Positions 10,147 through 20,264 of a stretch of 64,000 bases of DNA are shown here, in pieces; position 1 is the first letter of the stretch, and every line of letters begins with the position of its first letter. Position numbers and translations under genes: made by a program. The notes under the pieces are model-generated. The model was not told the origin of the DNA and did not search any database. It worked only from the letters and a program-made list of their open reading frames with translations. Origin of the DNA: a virus. Location of the stretch: the IMG/VR virus record IMGVR_UViG_3300042197_004918, positions 96,001 to 160,000 of that record; one strand, 5' to 3'.

Positions 10147-10971
10147 TTAATTATTGGTTCTAGTTGTCGGTGTATTTGTGACTCCGATAAAATTGTTTGT
10201 AGAGAACCTAAACGGGAAACCATTGGTTCCTTCTGGAACCATAAAAAGTTTAACAATAGGTCTGATTGGGTCGCCCATATAGTCTCGATTGTAGTGCCAC
10301 GGCGGGTTTATACCCGATTCATACGCTACCTTCTCAATCATCTTAGAATAAGGCTTGTTGGTGAATCTGTCAAGGTGGAACGAATAGAAATTGCTTACAG
10401 TAAGTTGGCAATATAAATCGAACGACATATCAATGGGTCGTTCAATTTTAGCTCTGACCGTATGTTCTACGTCAAGATTGCTTGCGTGAAGACACTCGTG
10501 AATAACAGTGCTTCCGAAATCTCTCATCGCATTCAAGTCGTGAATACTAGGCGGTTTCAGTGACGTGGTTATTGCGATAAACGCCCTCCACGGTTCTCTA
10601 TATTGATGGAACACTGTCATTCCAAGAAGGGAGTTGTTGGTTCCCATGCTTGTCAACATATCATCCGACCAATACATATTTTTGTAATCTACATTGTATT
10701 TGATTCCAGTGATGTTCTCCATAAACGTGACTGCGAGTTGAGCCACAGCAACATCTTGTGTAGAAAACTTTCGTGAAAACGTCCAATCTACACCAGCAAA
10801 TTCGTCGTTTTCTCGTGGGACATTGATTTTTACTGCTGACATCCTCTTGCCGGTTACGTTTTCTAATTGAATCGGTGTTCTAGGGTCAGCGACCGTAGTA
10901 AATGACTCTGGTTTTTCTTTACATCCTAGTAAAAATAGGAGCCCAATAATAGTTAATGTAACGATTTTCAT
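10147..10971 (-). CDS. lipoprotein, putative zincin metallopeptidase
   Basis: Lipobox LLGC; HECLH motif. Confidence 0.55.
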   Translation of the reverse strand: MKIVTLTIIGLLFLLGCKEKPESFTTVADPRTPIQLENVTGKRMSAVKINVPRENDEFAGVDWTFSRKFSTQDVAVAQLAVTFMENITGIKYNVDYKNMYWSDDMLTSMGTNNSLLGMTVFHQYREPWRAFIAITTSLKPPSIHDLNAMRDFGSTVIHECLHASNLDVEHTVRAKIERPIDMSFDLYCQLTVSNFYSFHLDRFTNKPYSKMIEKVAYESGINPPWHYNRDYMGDPIRPIVKLFMVPEGTNGFPFRFSTNNFIGVTNTPTTRTNN

Positions 10972-11014
10972 AACACACTTGACCGCAAATAATACGTATC
11001 AATTTGTAACCAGA

Positions 11015-11416
11015 TTAATTGAATTTGTTTTCTGGAAACACATCTAATTCTGGATTCCAAACTCCTTGAGAAATCATCTTTTCCTTGAGTCGTTTTCTAG
11101 GTTGCATTTTTCTCTTTTTTGCTACAAATTCAACTGTGGCCCAGTCTTCAATCTTTTCGTATAAAGAAAAGAACCCGGGGAGGTCATTCAGTGTCAGACA
11201 ATCCGAGTCAGCACCAGGACCAAAACAGTCATTACAATTTAGGAAGAGAACAATAGTTTCTTCCATAACTTCTTTGTTAAATGGGTCTACAAATTTTCGG
11301 CTATTGCAGAATAGAACGTCTTCATCCAAGAGTTTAGCCAACATGGATTCCTCATTAGGGATACGTTTTCCGTCAATTACGAACCAATATTCGTTTTCAA
11401 TCATAAAATCATTCAT
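11015..11416 (-). CDS. hypothetical protein
   Basis: ORF. Confidence 0.65.
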   Translation of the reverse strand: MNDFMIENEYWFVIDGKRIPNEESMLAKLLDEDVLFCNSRKFVDPFNKEVMEETIVLFLNCNDCFGPGADSDCLTLNDLPGFFSLYEKIEDWATVEFVAKKRKMQPRKRLKEKMISQGVWNPELDVFPENKFN

Positions 11417-11730
11417 TGCATGAAGAGGATGTCTACCCGGAGTCCAGTTTCCGTGGAACAGATAGCAACGTTTCTCCCGTAATCCTTATCCGCATAGACT
11501 CTGAAGTTTTCTCTCGCCGATTCACTCATGGTTACACCTAAAGATTCAAGAAGCGCGTTCTTATCAAAGGGCATCTCTGGATTATGCGGATATGCAATCA
11601 CGTCGAAGTCTTTTGTGGATTTCCCCTTGAATAGAACTGATCCTGTAAATCCGAGGTGGAAGTTCTGTGCTGCCGCAATTGGTTCTTTCTCTCGTATCCA
11701 ATTTATTGCGATTTCGGGTGTAATGGTCAT
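11413..11730 (-). CDS. minimal nucleotidyltransferase-like protein
   Basis: GFTGSV...KDFDV (GS-x-DxD) plus a later VDI aspartate. Confidence 0.55.
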   Translation of the reverse strand: MTITPEIAINWIREKEPIAAAQNFHLGFTGSVLFKGKSTKDFDVIAYPHNPEMPFDKNALLESLGVTMSESARENFRVYADKDYGRNVAICSTETGLRVDILFMQ

Positions 11731-12338
11731 AGTTTGTTTATTATGTATGATTCTATTGTTCTGGACGTAGGTATCCACCGCGTAAGTCTTCTCCATGTTT
11801 TGAATATCTGATGAATTGCATTCTCCAGTGGTTTGGGTTTCATCGAATTGAAGAGGGCGTCTAATCTGGCTTCTCTTTCAGACCTATCTCTACGCTCAAA
11901 CTTCAACAGTTTTACATCTGACATGATGGAGTTTGAAAACGTGACTTCGTATTCTATCCAATAATCGAATTTGGTAGTATATTCATACCGTTCATCCATA
12001 GGCGAATAGAATTCGTGGATTGTGATGGTTTTATTGTGAACATAATAAGGGACCCACGTTATGTTATATTTTACTGACTTTTGGAGATTGGTGCTGATGT
12101 CAAATAGTTCGGAATATTTCTTAGAATACTCCGGGTCGTCCACGTATTTTAAATCATACTTCTCAGCCCAGAGAGTTCCGTCTTCACGCAGTTCGTAACT
12201 ACCCATTCCCCTTCCAAGGCCTTTTGTCTGAAAAGAAACCAAGCTTTCGATTGACTTCCCGCCAAACTCTGATAATAATCCCTCATCTTTTGGGAGGGGA
12301 AGCTTGATTTTACATCTTATTGTGTCGTATAATCCCAT
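11727..12338 (-). CDS. conserved phage hypothetical protein
   Basis: MGLYDTIRC..FQTK motif. Confidence 0.7.
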   Translation of the reverse strand: MGLYDTIRCKIKLPLPKDEGLLSEFGGKSIESLVSFQTKGLGRGMGSYELREDGTLWAEKYDLKYVDDPEYSKKYSELFDISTNLQKSVKYNITWVPYYVHNKTITIHEFYSPMDERYEYTTKFDYWIEYEVTFSNSIMSDVKLLKFERRDRSEREARLDALFNSMKPKPLENAIHQIFKTWRRLTRWIPTSRTIESYIINKL

Positions 12339-12347
12339 AATAAATCC

Positions 12348-12626
12348 TTATTTTCTGAAAATTAAGTCTGAAAGGTGTTGGTGGAGTTCGGTGAGCGCAT
12401 CTTGTTTGCCCTTCAAAACTCCCTCATCGTATGCACGAGTGTTAACTATGGTCAACAATTCTCCCATATCGTGAACATGAAAATCCAACGGAACGTATAT
12501 TCTTCTGAAATGTAAATGCCATACGGAGTGTCTATCTGATATGTCTGCTACCGGCAGCCCGCCCATGAATTTCAAATAATTGACCGTTGCTTCATCGGGA
12601 TGATCTCTGTGTGCGTAGTATGCCAT
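12348..12626 (-). CDS. hypothetical protein
   Basis: ORF. Confidence 0.55.
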   Translation of the reverse strand: MAYYAHRDHPDEATVNYLKFMGGLPVADISDRHSVWHLHFRRIYVPLDFHVHDMGELLTIVNTRAYDEGVLKGKQDALTELHQHLSDLIFRK

Positions 12627-12627
12627 A

Positions 12628-12945
12628 TTACTTTGTTGTAGGTGGTGGAACAGCTAGATATGCGATGGAAGAAAGATTGTGGTTTGAAACGGTTCTTGGG
12701 TCAACTCTCGTTCCATCCTCGAACGCTGATTTTGTTGCTTCCGTCATCTTTAAAAGGTCGGTAAGACTTAAATTATGTCGTTTCTTTGAAAATGCTTCGA
12801 TTGCACCTAACAAGTCTGATAGTTCAACCAGTGCCATGACCGGGTTTTCCGTTTCGAGCGCATCCTTAAATTCGAGGTATTCTTCGTCAATTTTACTAAC
12901 CTCTCCTAAAACTCCCTTTGGTATTTTATTTTTGTGGTATCCCAT
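12628..12945 (-). CDS. MazG-like all-alpha NTP pyrophosphatase
   Basis: KIDEEYLEFKDA...VELSDLLGA (EExxE..ExxD). Confidence 0.7.
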   Translation of the reverse strand: MGYHKNKIPKGVLGEVSKIDEEYLEFKDALETENPVMALVELSDLLGAIEAFSKKRHNLSLTDLLKMTEATKSAFEDGTRVDPRTVSNHNLSSIAYLAVPPPTTK

Positions 12946-13501
12946 ATTTTTCCATTACTCGTGACAACCGTGGTTCCGCTACACCAGTAGCATACACCCA
13001 ACTCAAAAAGTCACAACTTCTTATACCATAACTTCCAAGTTCGATATTGTCAAATGAAATGTCGTATTCTCTTCCGGGAACGATGGTTTGAATCACAACT
13101 CGGTCGCCGAGCCTAGTTTGAAAAAAATCGAACGCTGTGCCCAACACGTAATCCAAAGAATCTTCATCAACTTGGTCGGTTTTAATGAGTTCGTTTTTTA
13201 AGAAATACTTGGTATGAAATGAATCGAATGAATCTTCACGGAAGCATGGAGTCACGGTCTGAAACTGGCCCTTGGGTAGAAACCCCTTATTGTAAAGATA
13301 TAAAAACGATTGTTCTCCGGAAGCCACAAGGACTTTGTTTTTCTCCTTGATGGTGAAATCTGGAAGAGTTTCTCCTGGGCCGAATACGGGCTTAGTTATA
13401 TCGGAGATAGCCTTCGTCACCGTCCACGGGCTTTCTACTCTCTTAAAACCACGTTTTTCGTAGAATTCTATTGAATCTTGGATGTTCTTGTAATTTATCA
13501 T
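12926..13501 (-). CDS. stand-alone class II aminoacyl-tRNA-synthetase-like catalytic domain
   Basis: Motif 1 GFKRVESPW, ASGEQ, motif 2 TPCFRED..YFLKNEL, ELGS, motif 3 ATGVAEPRL; no anticodon-binding domain. Confidence 0.75.
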   Translation of the reverse strand: MINYKNIQDSIEFYEKRGFKRVESPWTVTKAISDITKPVFGPGETLPDFTIKEKNKVLVASGEQSFLYLYNKGFLPKGQFQTVTPCFREDSFDSFHTKYFLKNELIKTDQVDEDSLDYVLGTAFDFFQTRLGDRVVIQTIVPGREYDISFDNIELGSYGIRSCDFLSWVYATGVAEPRLSRVMEKYGIPQK

Positions 13502-13764
13502 ACAGTTGGTTTTAACTTTAGAATGTCAGTCAATACTCCGCCAGTAGCAAGAACTAAATGAACGTAATCTAGGTTATCATCTATTAGGACGCCGCCGAAA
13601 ATGTCTCCATTCATAGGTTTCCATAGATATTCGGCTCCAGCGAAGTGACGTTTATGTTCGTCCGTGAGTTGTGAAATGTCCGTGAAAGATGCGGCAATTT
13701 TTGTTTTCTTTCCAGACTTCAACCAACCGTCTAACAGTGATTCCAGTTCTTTTACGGTTCTCAT
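13498..13764 (-). CDS. hypothetical protein
   Basis: ORF, overlapping start/stop. Confidence 0.6.
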   Translation of the reverse strand: MRTVKELESLLDGWLKSGKKTKIAASFTDISQLTDEHKRHFAGAEYLWKPMNGDIFGGVLIDDNLDYVHLVLATGGVLTDILKLKPTV

Positions 13765-13991
13765 AAATCAATTATTTCCACATCAAACTCATTCTTACTA
13801 CAGAGTTCTCCGTCCGTGCTTCCATCGGGCATCATTCCTCTCACACAAATTCCCCATCCCAGGTCGTCTTCTTCCCATTTTTCCAAAGTGATATGTTTCT
13901 TTAATTCGTATTCCTCATTATAGTCATACACTTGGGTCCCTGACCTAAACCACGAAGAAGGTTCTTTTACTGTAAGTTTTACGTATTTCAT
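13761..13991 (-). CDS. hypothetical protein
   Basis: ORF, overlapping start/stop. Confidence 0.6.
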   Translation of the reverse strand: MKYVKLTVKEPSSWFRSGTQVYDYNEEYELKKHITLEKWEEDDLGWGICVRGMMPDGSTDGELCSKNEFDVEIIDL

Positions 13992-14245
13992 ATCAATATC
14001 AATGCCAACTTTTCTTTTCTCGAAAGTTTCTTTATTTGGTGTTCACGCTTTAATGCTTCGGATTTGGTTTTTAACTCTTCTGAATACACTAATGTCACCG
14101 GTGTTCTTCGTCGAGTATATTTAGCGCCCTTCCCACGATTATGAGTCTTTACTCGTTTTTCCAAATCATCGGTGTAGCCACAATATAATGTGTTATCTAC
14201 ACATCTCAGTAGGTATACAAAGTAAACTTTTGTGATATTATTCAT
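13988..14245 (-). CDS. GIY-YIG nuclease (UPF0213/YhbQ-like)
   Basis: FVYLLRC..TLYCGYTDDLEKRVKTHNRGKGAKYT..EALKRE. Confidence 0.9.
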   Translation of the reverse strand: MNNITKVYFVYLLRCVDNTLYCGYTDDLEKRVKTHNRGKGAKYTRRRTPVTLVYSEELKTKSEALKREHQIKKLSRKEKLALILI

Positions 14246-14630
14246 TTATTCCTGCGAACTCTTCCGCTCCAGAACTTACATCGGAATAAAAAAACCTTGT
14301 GTTTCCGTGGACATTAAGTTCCAAATTTCTTTCTAAATCCATCCTTGAACAATTCTCAAGGGTTGAATAAATTTGGTCAGTTGACTTCTGAAACAGTCGA
14401 ATAGTGGTATCTCTGACGATTGATATGTTATTCCCCATATAAAGCATAAACTAGGTTTAAATCTGATATTGTCCGAACGGCACTTTCGATTGGAATTGAA
14501 ATAGATTGTGCTTCTATTCTATCCATTGTTTCTTTTGAAATTTCGTATAAGCATCTATTTGTCGAATTATGGTCTACCGAGTGGCTAAATTTTTCAAATA
14601 CCCTATCAATTCGTCTGTTTGCTGACAGTT

Positions 14631-14924
14631 TCATTTCATGTCTATGTAATGGAACACTAGCCCTGCCCATTCATCTTGAAGAAAATCGACTTCATCCGAA
14701 TTTAATCTCGAAGAAATGGTTTTTGGCATATCAAGATAATCGGGGTAATCAAACGAACAAGCAAGGTCATCACTTAACGACTCACATTCACGTTTGGTTA
14801 ACAACCTCATGCCATGTTCTGTAGCATATTCCTTTATTATTCGTTTTCCATTTCGATTAAACCACTCAACTGCCTTTTTGAGAGTTTTAGTGACTCGGCC
14901 GTAAGGATAGTCGGATGATTTCAT
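14631..14924 (-). CDS. hypothetical protein
   Basis: ORF overlapping the thyA stop. Confidence 0.55.
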   Translation of the reverse strand: MKSSDYPYGRVTKTLKKAVEWFNRNGKRIIKEYATEHGMRLLTKRECESLSDDLACSFDYPDYLDMPKTISSRLNSDEVDFLQDEWAGLVFHYIDMK

Positions 14925-16039
14925 ACAGCCACCGCCGCTTTAATTGCATCCTGCGGATGGTATCCGGTCAATTCTATGTCTTCAAATTTTATATCAAATA
15001 TGGATTTGCCCGGAGTCTTAATCGTCACTCTTGGAAGTTCTCCGGGATGTCTTCCCAGTTGAGTCTTGGACTGTTCGACATGATTCTCATACAAGTGTAG
15101 GTCAGCTATACTTGCTACCAACGTTCCTACCACCATGTTTAGTTGATTTGCTACCAGATGGGTTAATAGGGCGTAGAATGCGTCATTATAAGGCTTTCCT
15201 AAGAAAATATCGTTTGACCTCATCGAATAGTAACAATTCAATCGCCTGGTAGGAATGTTATGATACTTTCTTTCTCCCTCCGAACCGTTTCCGGTGAAAG
15301 GTTTATCTTTTGGCCAACACTTTTCGTGAAGCAATCTGTTTTGTTCATCCAACGTCAGCTCTTCCGTCCCAAATTGAATATAGTTGTGACAGGCAGGAAG
15401 AACCGCATCTTCCTTTCGGTTACTGTGGAACGGGTGCCATGCTGAAATGATTATCCTACGACTGTCTGGGTTTGTTTTTAAATCGTTTAAGGCGGTTGAC
15501 AACTGGTCGATTTCGATACTGTCTTCTTCATACGACATATCCGCGCCTGCCTGCCACGTTCTAGCCGGAAATCTCCGCCACAGACCACCGTAAGCAAACT
15601 TTCCCACGCTACCGAATCGAAATGCAAAGATTTCGTTGTCAACAATCCGTTGTTCAAATTCTTTTTGTGTAAACGGTCGGTTACTTCTAGCACCAATATC
15701 CATGCCATAAAATGTTCCTCCCTCGGTGCAAATTGCCATACCGTTTTCTTCATAATGTTTGAGATATGACTGATACGGCCACTCCGTCCAGAAAGTCACT
15801 CCGTTTTGAAGCAAATAACGGATGTTTGTGTCTCCGTGAATCATCCACAAAAGTTCGTGAACCACACTTTTCCAATACATCTTCTTTGTGGTCATCAAAG
15901 GAAATCCCTGATTCAGGTCAATGTGTGTCTGCCGGCCCCATACCTTACGGGTATCAATTCCTGTTCTGTTTGAGGATTTTCTACCGTTTGAAAATACATC
16001 GAATAACAATGCAAAGTAATCTGATTCGTATTTATTCAT
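14921..16039 (-). CDS. thyA: thymidylate synthase
   Basis: NRTGIDT, GFPLMTTKK, ELLW, NPDSRRIIISAW, LPACH, RSNDIFLG.PYN, DLHLYENH. Confidence 0.95.
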   Translation of the reverse strand: MNKYESDYFALLFDVFSNGRKSSNRTGIDTRKVWGRQTHIDLNQGFPLMTTKKMYWKSVVHELLWMIHGDTNIRYLLQNGVTFWTEWPYQSYLKHYEENGMAICTEGGTFYGMDIGARSNRPFTQKEFEQRIVDNEIFAFRFGSVGKFAYGGLWRRFPARTWQAGADMSYEEDSIEIDQLSTALNDLKTNPDSRRIIISAWHPFHSNRKEDAVLPACHNYIQFGTEELTLDEQNRLLHEKCWPKDKPFTGNGSEGERKYHNIPTRRLNCYYSMRSNDIFLGKPYNDAFYALLTHLVANQLNMVVGTLVASIADLHLYENHVEQSKTQLGRHPGELPRVTIKTPGKSIFDIKFEDIELTGYHPQDAIKAAVAV

Positions 16040-16427
16040 ATTCTTCTTTAATAATCTCCAAAAGACTTTGTAGTTCGTCTTTATCAATGCCACCGTTCAT
16101 ATAGGCCACGAACGGATAGTAACCTTTTTTAATCTCAACTGTGGCAGCACTGTTCTCATATACATCAGTTTTCTCTATGAGACTCCACTGATGGCCGCCG
16201 ATATACTCCCATTTTCTGTTTTTCATAAAATCGGATTAACGTCACGATTTAATTGGACTATAAACGCAACATCAGCTGTATAGGCAGCTTTGGATAATGG
16301 GTCTATGAACAGCATATATGGAGAATTGAGTTCCCAACCTGCTTTTGCTAAAAATTCGTTGATATACTCGACGGCTTCTTTCCCAGCTTCCACTCGTTCA
16401 CTCGTTCTCATATTCATAAATCAACGG

Positions 16428-16676
16428 TTATCTTTTAACAAATTTACTAAATTTTCGGTATTCATTCGCGTGGTCGTAAGAGTCGAACGACATACGTTTG
16501 TCACAATCAAGACATCTTACCACCACCCAATATTTATCATCCATAGGATCAAAATTTCCCGTATTTGAATCATAATGTGCATCAACACTCTCATGTGAAC
16601 ATTCGGCTTGAAGATTTCTCAACTGAACATTGAGTTTATCAATTTTCTTGATGACGGATTCAATTTTCGTATTCAT
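16428..16676 (-). CDS. hypothetical Zn-binding protein
   Basis: CSH...CLDC. Confidence 0.55.
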   Translation of the reverse strand: MNTKIESVIKKIDKLNVQLRNLQAECSHESVDAHYDSNTGNFDPMDDKYWVVVRCLDCDKRMSFDSYDHANEYRKFSKFVKR

Positions 16677-16959
16677 AAATCATCTTTTCCACTTTTGCCC
16701 ACTCTTCGTTGGACTTTTTAGCAACAGCAAGTTCTACAGCCATGTGGCCTGCGGCCACTTCTATCTGAGCTTCCACGGAATTCATCTTTTCGGTGAATCC
16801 AAGGGAGAACCTTTCGTCCGATTTTTCCATCCTATCCTTTAATTCCATCAATCTGTCAAATTCTGCAATCCAGAAGTTGGCGGAGGATTTAATCATGGTG
16901 TCGGATTCGCCTTGGTCTATTAACCTCTCACGGGATTTCTTTGTAAGTGTCTTTTTCAT
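16660..16959 (-). CDS. hypothetical coiled-coil protein
   Basis: ORF. Confidence 0.55.
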   Translation of the reverse strand: MKKTLTKKSRERLIDQGESDTMIKSSANFWIAEFDRLMELKDRMEKSDERFSLGFTEKMNSVEAQIEVAAGHMAVELAVAKKSNEEWAKVEKMIYEYEN

Positions 16960-17429
16960 TCGGTGAAGTATTCTCTGACGGTGTTTTCTAGTATTTTTCT
17001 GAGCTGTGGTGGGATGTTGTATTTTTGAGAGTTGATTTCGATGGATTTTCTTATATTTCCATCTTTATTCCGCATCGTAGCAGCTTTCCAGTCGGCCAAC
17101 ATTTCCAATACGTCAACCAACGTCATGTCTTCTACACCATTCGGCCAGTGTTCAGGGTGATGACGGTTCTTTGAATAATGGTGGGTTATGGCCGGGCGGA
17201 CTTCATCCAACAATTTCTTATATTCATCGCTTCCATAAACAGTTTCACCTAATTTGTGAGTGTTAGCTGCGAAGATTTCAAGTTCCGGTTCTTCAAACTT
17301 GGAATTATCGTGGTTTTCTCCACGGATGATTAAATCGGTAACGAACAGATTGAGGTTTTTCTGAACGGTTCTTACGTGTTTATGAGTCTCGGCCAAACAA
17401 TGGCTAATCTCATGGTCTGTAGCTTTCAT
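16956..17429 (-). CDS. DUF5662-like HD-superfamily protein
   Basis: H..HDNSK, HHYSKNRHHPEH, EMLADW. Confidence 0.75.
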   Translation of the reverse strand: MKATDHEISHCLAETHKHVRTVQKNLNLFVTDLIIRGENHDNSKFEEPELEIFAANTHKLGETVYGSDEYKKLLDEVRPAITHHYSKNRHHPEHWPNGVEDMTLVDVLEMLADWKAATMRNKDGNIRKSIEINSQKYNIPPQLRKILENTVREYFTE

Positions 17430-17430
17430 A

Positions 17431-17901
17431 TCACCGACTATATTTCACAACACGATGTCCGTCAAATTCTTTTACCACCGACTGTGTAGGCAATAAATGT
17501 TCAAACGGAGGCATGAATGTGTCGCCTTCATATTTCCCCGCGACGTGTGTGACGTAAAACTCGGTGATTCTATGTAAGAACTGTTCGTAAATCTTGGCGC
17601 CGCCACAGATTATAACATCTTCCGGTGCTTCGTCGGCAACTATTTTACCACAACTTACAATAAACCACTCTTCAATCGTGGTGTCGCCCTTCATCCAATT
17701 CTCCGTATTGGATGCTACTACAATATGTCTCTTCGGGAGGTATCCCCTACCAAAAGATTCGTAGGTTTTTCTCCCAACCAAAATGGTTTTATCCATAGTG
17801 ATTGATTTGAACCATTTAAAATCCTCTTGGATTGACGGCCAAGGAAGCCTTCCGTTTAACCCCAAGACTCTCCCCTCTGACATGGCAGCAACAGCAATCA
17901 T
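17431..17901 (-). CDS. folA: dihydrofolate reductase
   Basis: LPWPSIQEDFKWFK, VGRKTYES, LPKR, ICGGAKIY, GDTF. Confidence 0.93.
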   Translation of the reverse strand: MIAVAAMSEGRVLGLNGRLPWPSIQEDFKWFKSITMDKTILVGRKTYESFGRGYLPKRHIVVASNTENWMKGDTTIEEWFIVSCGKIVADEAPEDVIICGGAKIYEQFLHRITEFYVTHVAGKYEGDTFMPPFEHLLPTQSVVKEFDGHRVVKYSR

Positions 17902-18056
17902 TCGAGTGCGACCATTTTCTTAGATACACCGTTGGTGTTATAGGCGTAGTTAATCGTTTCCACATCCTTCTTGGAAAGAAGGTATTCAACGTTATCCACT
18001 CTGTCACCTGTGACTGAATCTACAAGTTTGTATTTTTCGTAGTTTTTTTCCATATC

Positions 18057-18455
18057 TTATGTAGTTTTAATTGTCATTACTCTATACACCGACTCAAACC
18101 CATTGACGTCAGCAATCTTAATCACCAAATCTTTTTCCGTTGAGAAATAGTGAGTCACAAACTTAAATTTTGAAGACTTATCTTTGAATCCCTTCTCAAG
18201 AGCCTTCTGTAAGAACTCCGTGAACTCTGCTTCAGATAATTCGGTTTTCTTTGCTTTATCTACAGCCGGTTCTTCTGACTCGATACCAGATAAAAACGCA
18301 TCAACCTTCTTGTCGTCGTGAAACACTCTATCTCTTAAAATAGATACTAATGCTTCTCTACTCTCCGACTGGTCAATTTTTTCAAGAGTCGGATCCTTAG
18401 AAATTTCTTTGGTGAGTTTGAGTTTTACTTTGGTTGCGAGGGTTTTCAATTCCAT
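18057..18455 (-). CDS. hypothetical protein
   Basis: ORF from MELK. Confidence 0.6.
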   Translation of the reverse strand: MELKTLATKVKLKLTKEISKDPTLEKIDQSESREALVSILRDRVFHDDKKVDAFLSGIESEEPAVDKAKKTELSEAEFTEFLQKALEKGFKDKSSKFKFVTHYFSTEKDLVIKIADVNGFESVYRVMTIKTT

Positions 18456-18502
18456 AGAAACATGATAGTAGATTTCTGCCAAAAGTCAATTCCGTAATTA
18501 CT

Positions 18503-19105
18503 TCAATCCCAAAGGTTTCTGAAGTATTTTCCGAAAAGTTCAAATCCCTCGTCAACTCTTTTTTCGTGATTGAAAACAGGTGACCAATCAATAGGGCGTT
18601 CATCCGCTGCTTTGAATGTAGTTCCTCTTTCCTCAACCGAAACCACAATTTGACGTTTATCGTATCCGGGTGGATAAATTGGGTCAACGTCATCCCCATG
18701 ATGTTCCATAGACCAGATGATTTTGTCTAAAATAGCTTCCCACTTTTCGTGAGCAGTGGGCGTCACGGTGACATCCTTAATAAAGTCGAAATAAAGCTGC
18801 TGAGTTGCATTCAAGTCGTCAGCCTCAGTGCAAAAATACACAGGATGTCCACTTAGATTGTCTCTAAGCTGTTTAAGTCTCGGTAAAGACCACTTTGAAC
18901 AGTGAGAATAGAAGTCAAAAGACTCTTCGGACGGAAATCCATCACGAATCGACTGCCCCTTTTTTCTAAACCAATATGAAATGTCATTCCACCACCATTT
19001 CGGTGTGTATTGGATCCGTTCCCACCACTTTAGCGGAGTAAAATCAAACCCAAATGCTGAAACATAATCTCCGACTTTTAATTCTTTTCGTTTAGCCATA
19101 ACCAT
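18503..19105 (-). CDS. conserved phage hypothetical protein
   Basis: C-terminal EGFELFGKYFRNLWD motif. Confidence 0.75.
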   Translation of the reverse strand: MVMAKRKELKVGDYVSAFGFDFTPLKWWERIQYTPKWWWNDISYWFRKKGQSIRDGFPSEESFDFYSHCSKWSLPRLKQLRDNLSGHPVYFCTEADDLNATQQLYFDFIKDVTVTPTAHEKWEAILDKIIWSMEHHGDDVDPIYPPGYDKRQIVVSVEERGTTFKAADERPIDWSPVFNHEKRVDEGFELFGKYFRNLWD

Positions 19106-19110
19106 TTATA

Positions 19111-19410
19111 CTACGACTCATCCTCAATGTCAATACCTTCGTTATAATATGAATATTCACAACACGGATACTCTCTACCAAGTTCATCGGTGTGGACCCA
19201 TACCATGCCTTCTTTTATCCACTTGAACTCCTTTTCTGGAGGATTTTGTCCCACATTTAATCCGTCATAAGTAGCATCCGGGTTCTCCGGCGTAAGTTCT
19301 CGGTTACAGCTACATCCACGAGAAACACAGTTTTCACAAAAATCTCCGTTTCCTGGCATATAAGACCACACAGCCATTTCCTTTGCACACGTATCACACA
19401 GTTTTTTCAT
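19111..19410 (-). CDS. Cys-rich hypothetical protein
   Basis: CDTC, CENC, GCSC, PCCE. Confidence 0.65.
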   Translation of the reverse strand: MKKLCDTCAKEMAVWSYMPGNGDFCENCVSRGCSCNRELTPENPDATYDGLNVGQNPPEKEFKWIKEGMVWVHTDELGREYPCCEYSYYNEGIDIEDES

Positions 19411-19411
19411 T

Positions 19412-19906
19412 TTAAGTTAAACGTATGTATTTTATCTCTTCCGACGAAAGCTTTTGTTTAACAGATTCCCAAATTTTTGACTTCTTTTCTTTAAGAGCAT
19501 CTCTCTTCTGTTTTAACGTCAACTTCTTCTGTTCTACGACTGACTTATGTTTGGATACCTCTCTATCAAATTCTTTTTTAAAATCCGCTTCCCATAACCA
19601 TCTAGTAGGAAACGAGTTATCGCAACCGTAAGGTTCTGGTAAAGATGCATAATCCCCACCTACGGTTATTTCCGTCTTATACTCGACTATATCAAAATCT
19701 CCGTCGTGGCCGTCTTCTCCATATCCACAGTTTCCGTAGTCAATCCAACCTTTTTTGTTGATATTCGGAAGCATGACGTTAACAATTTCATAAAATCGGT
19801 CATTTATTTTCGATATTATCTCATCATATCTTTGACAAGTTATCTTTGGATTATACAACGACTCGAAATCTTTTTTTGTTATCGTATTATTCATATGTTT
19901 CTTCAA
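19412..19906 (-). CDS. hypothetical protein
   Basis: ORF. Confidence 0.6.
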   Translation of the reverse strand: MKKHMNNTITKKDFESLYNPKITCQRYDEIISKINDRFYEIVNVMLPNINKKGWIDYGNCGYGEDGHDGDFDIVEYKTEITVGGDYASLPEPYGCDNSFPTRWLWEADFKKEFDREVSKHKSVVEQKKLTLKQKRDALKEKKSKIWESVKQKLSSEEIKYIRLT

Positions 19907-20264
19907 AGTGAGTGTATCCGGCCTTTTTTAACTTCTCAAGTCCCTCGTTTAAGTCAGCGGTATATTCATAGGTGCTTTCCATAGACTCGTGAAATCCATT
20001 CGGAATAAATCTACCAAAATTCTTCAAACCCGAGTTGTAATAGAAATCTTTGAACTCACCTTTCTTGATTATCCCCAAAATATATTGAGGTGGCCCACCG
20101 TATGCGGCCCTGAGATATTGAACTGCAAGGGTCAATTTTTTAGACTTCGCTTCGGCTTTTATCGAATTGTTACTCAGTGACTCTTCATACTCAGCAACAT
20201 CCTTATGTCGGCGCCTCACTTCGGCAAGCAAATCTCCGATTGGTATTTTTGATAAATCTTTCAT
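19887..20264 (-). CDS. hypothetical protein
   Basis: ORF. Confidence 0.6.
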   Translation of the reverse strand: MKDLSKIPIGDLLAEVRRRHKDVAEYEESLSNNSIKAEAKSKKLTLAVQYLRAAYGGPPQYILGIIKKGEFKDFYYNSGLKNFGRFIPNGFHESMESTYEYTADLNEGLEKLKKAGYTHFEETYE

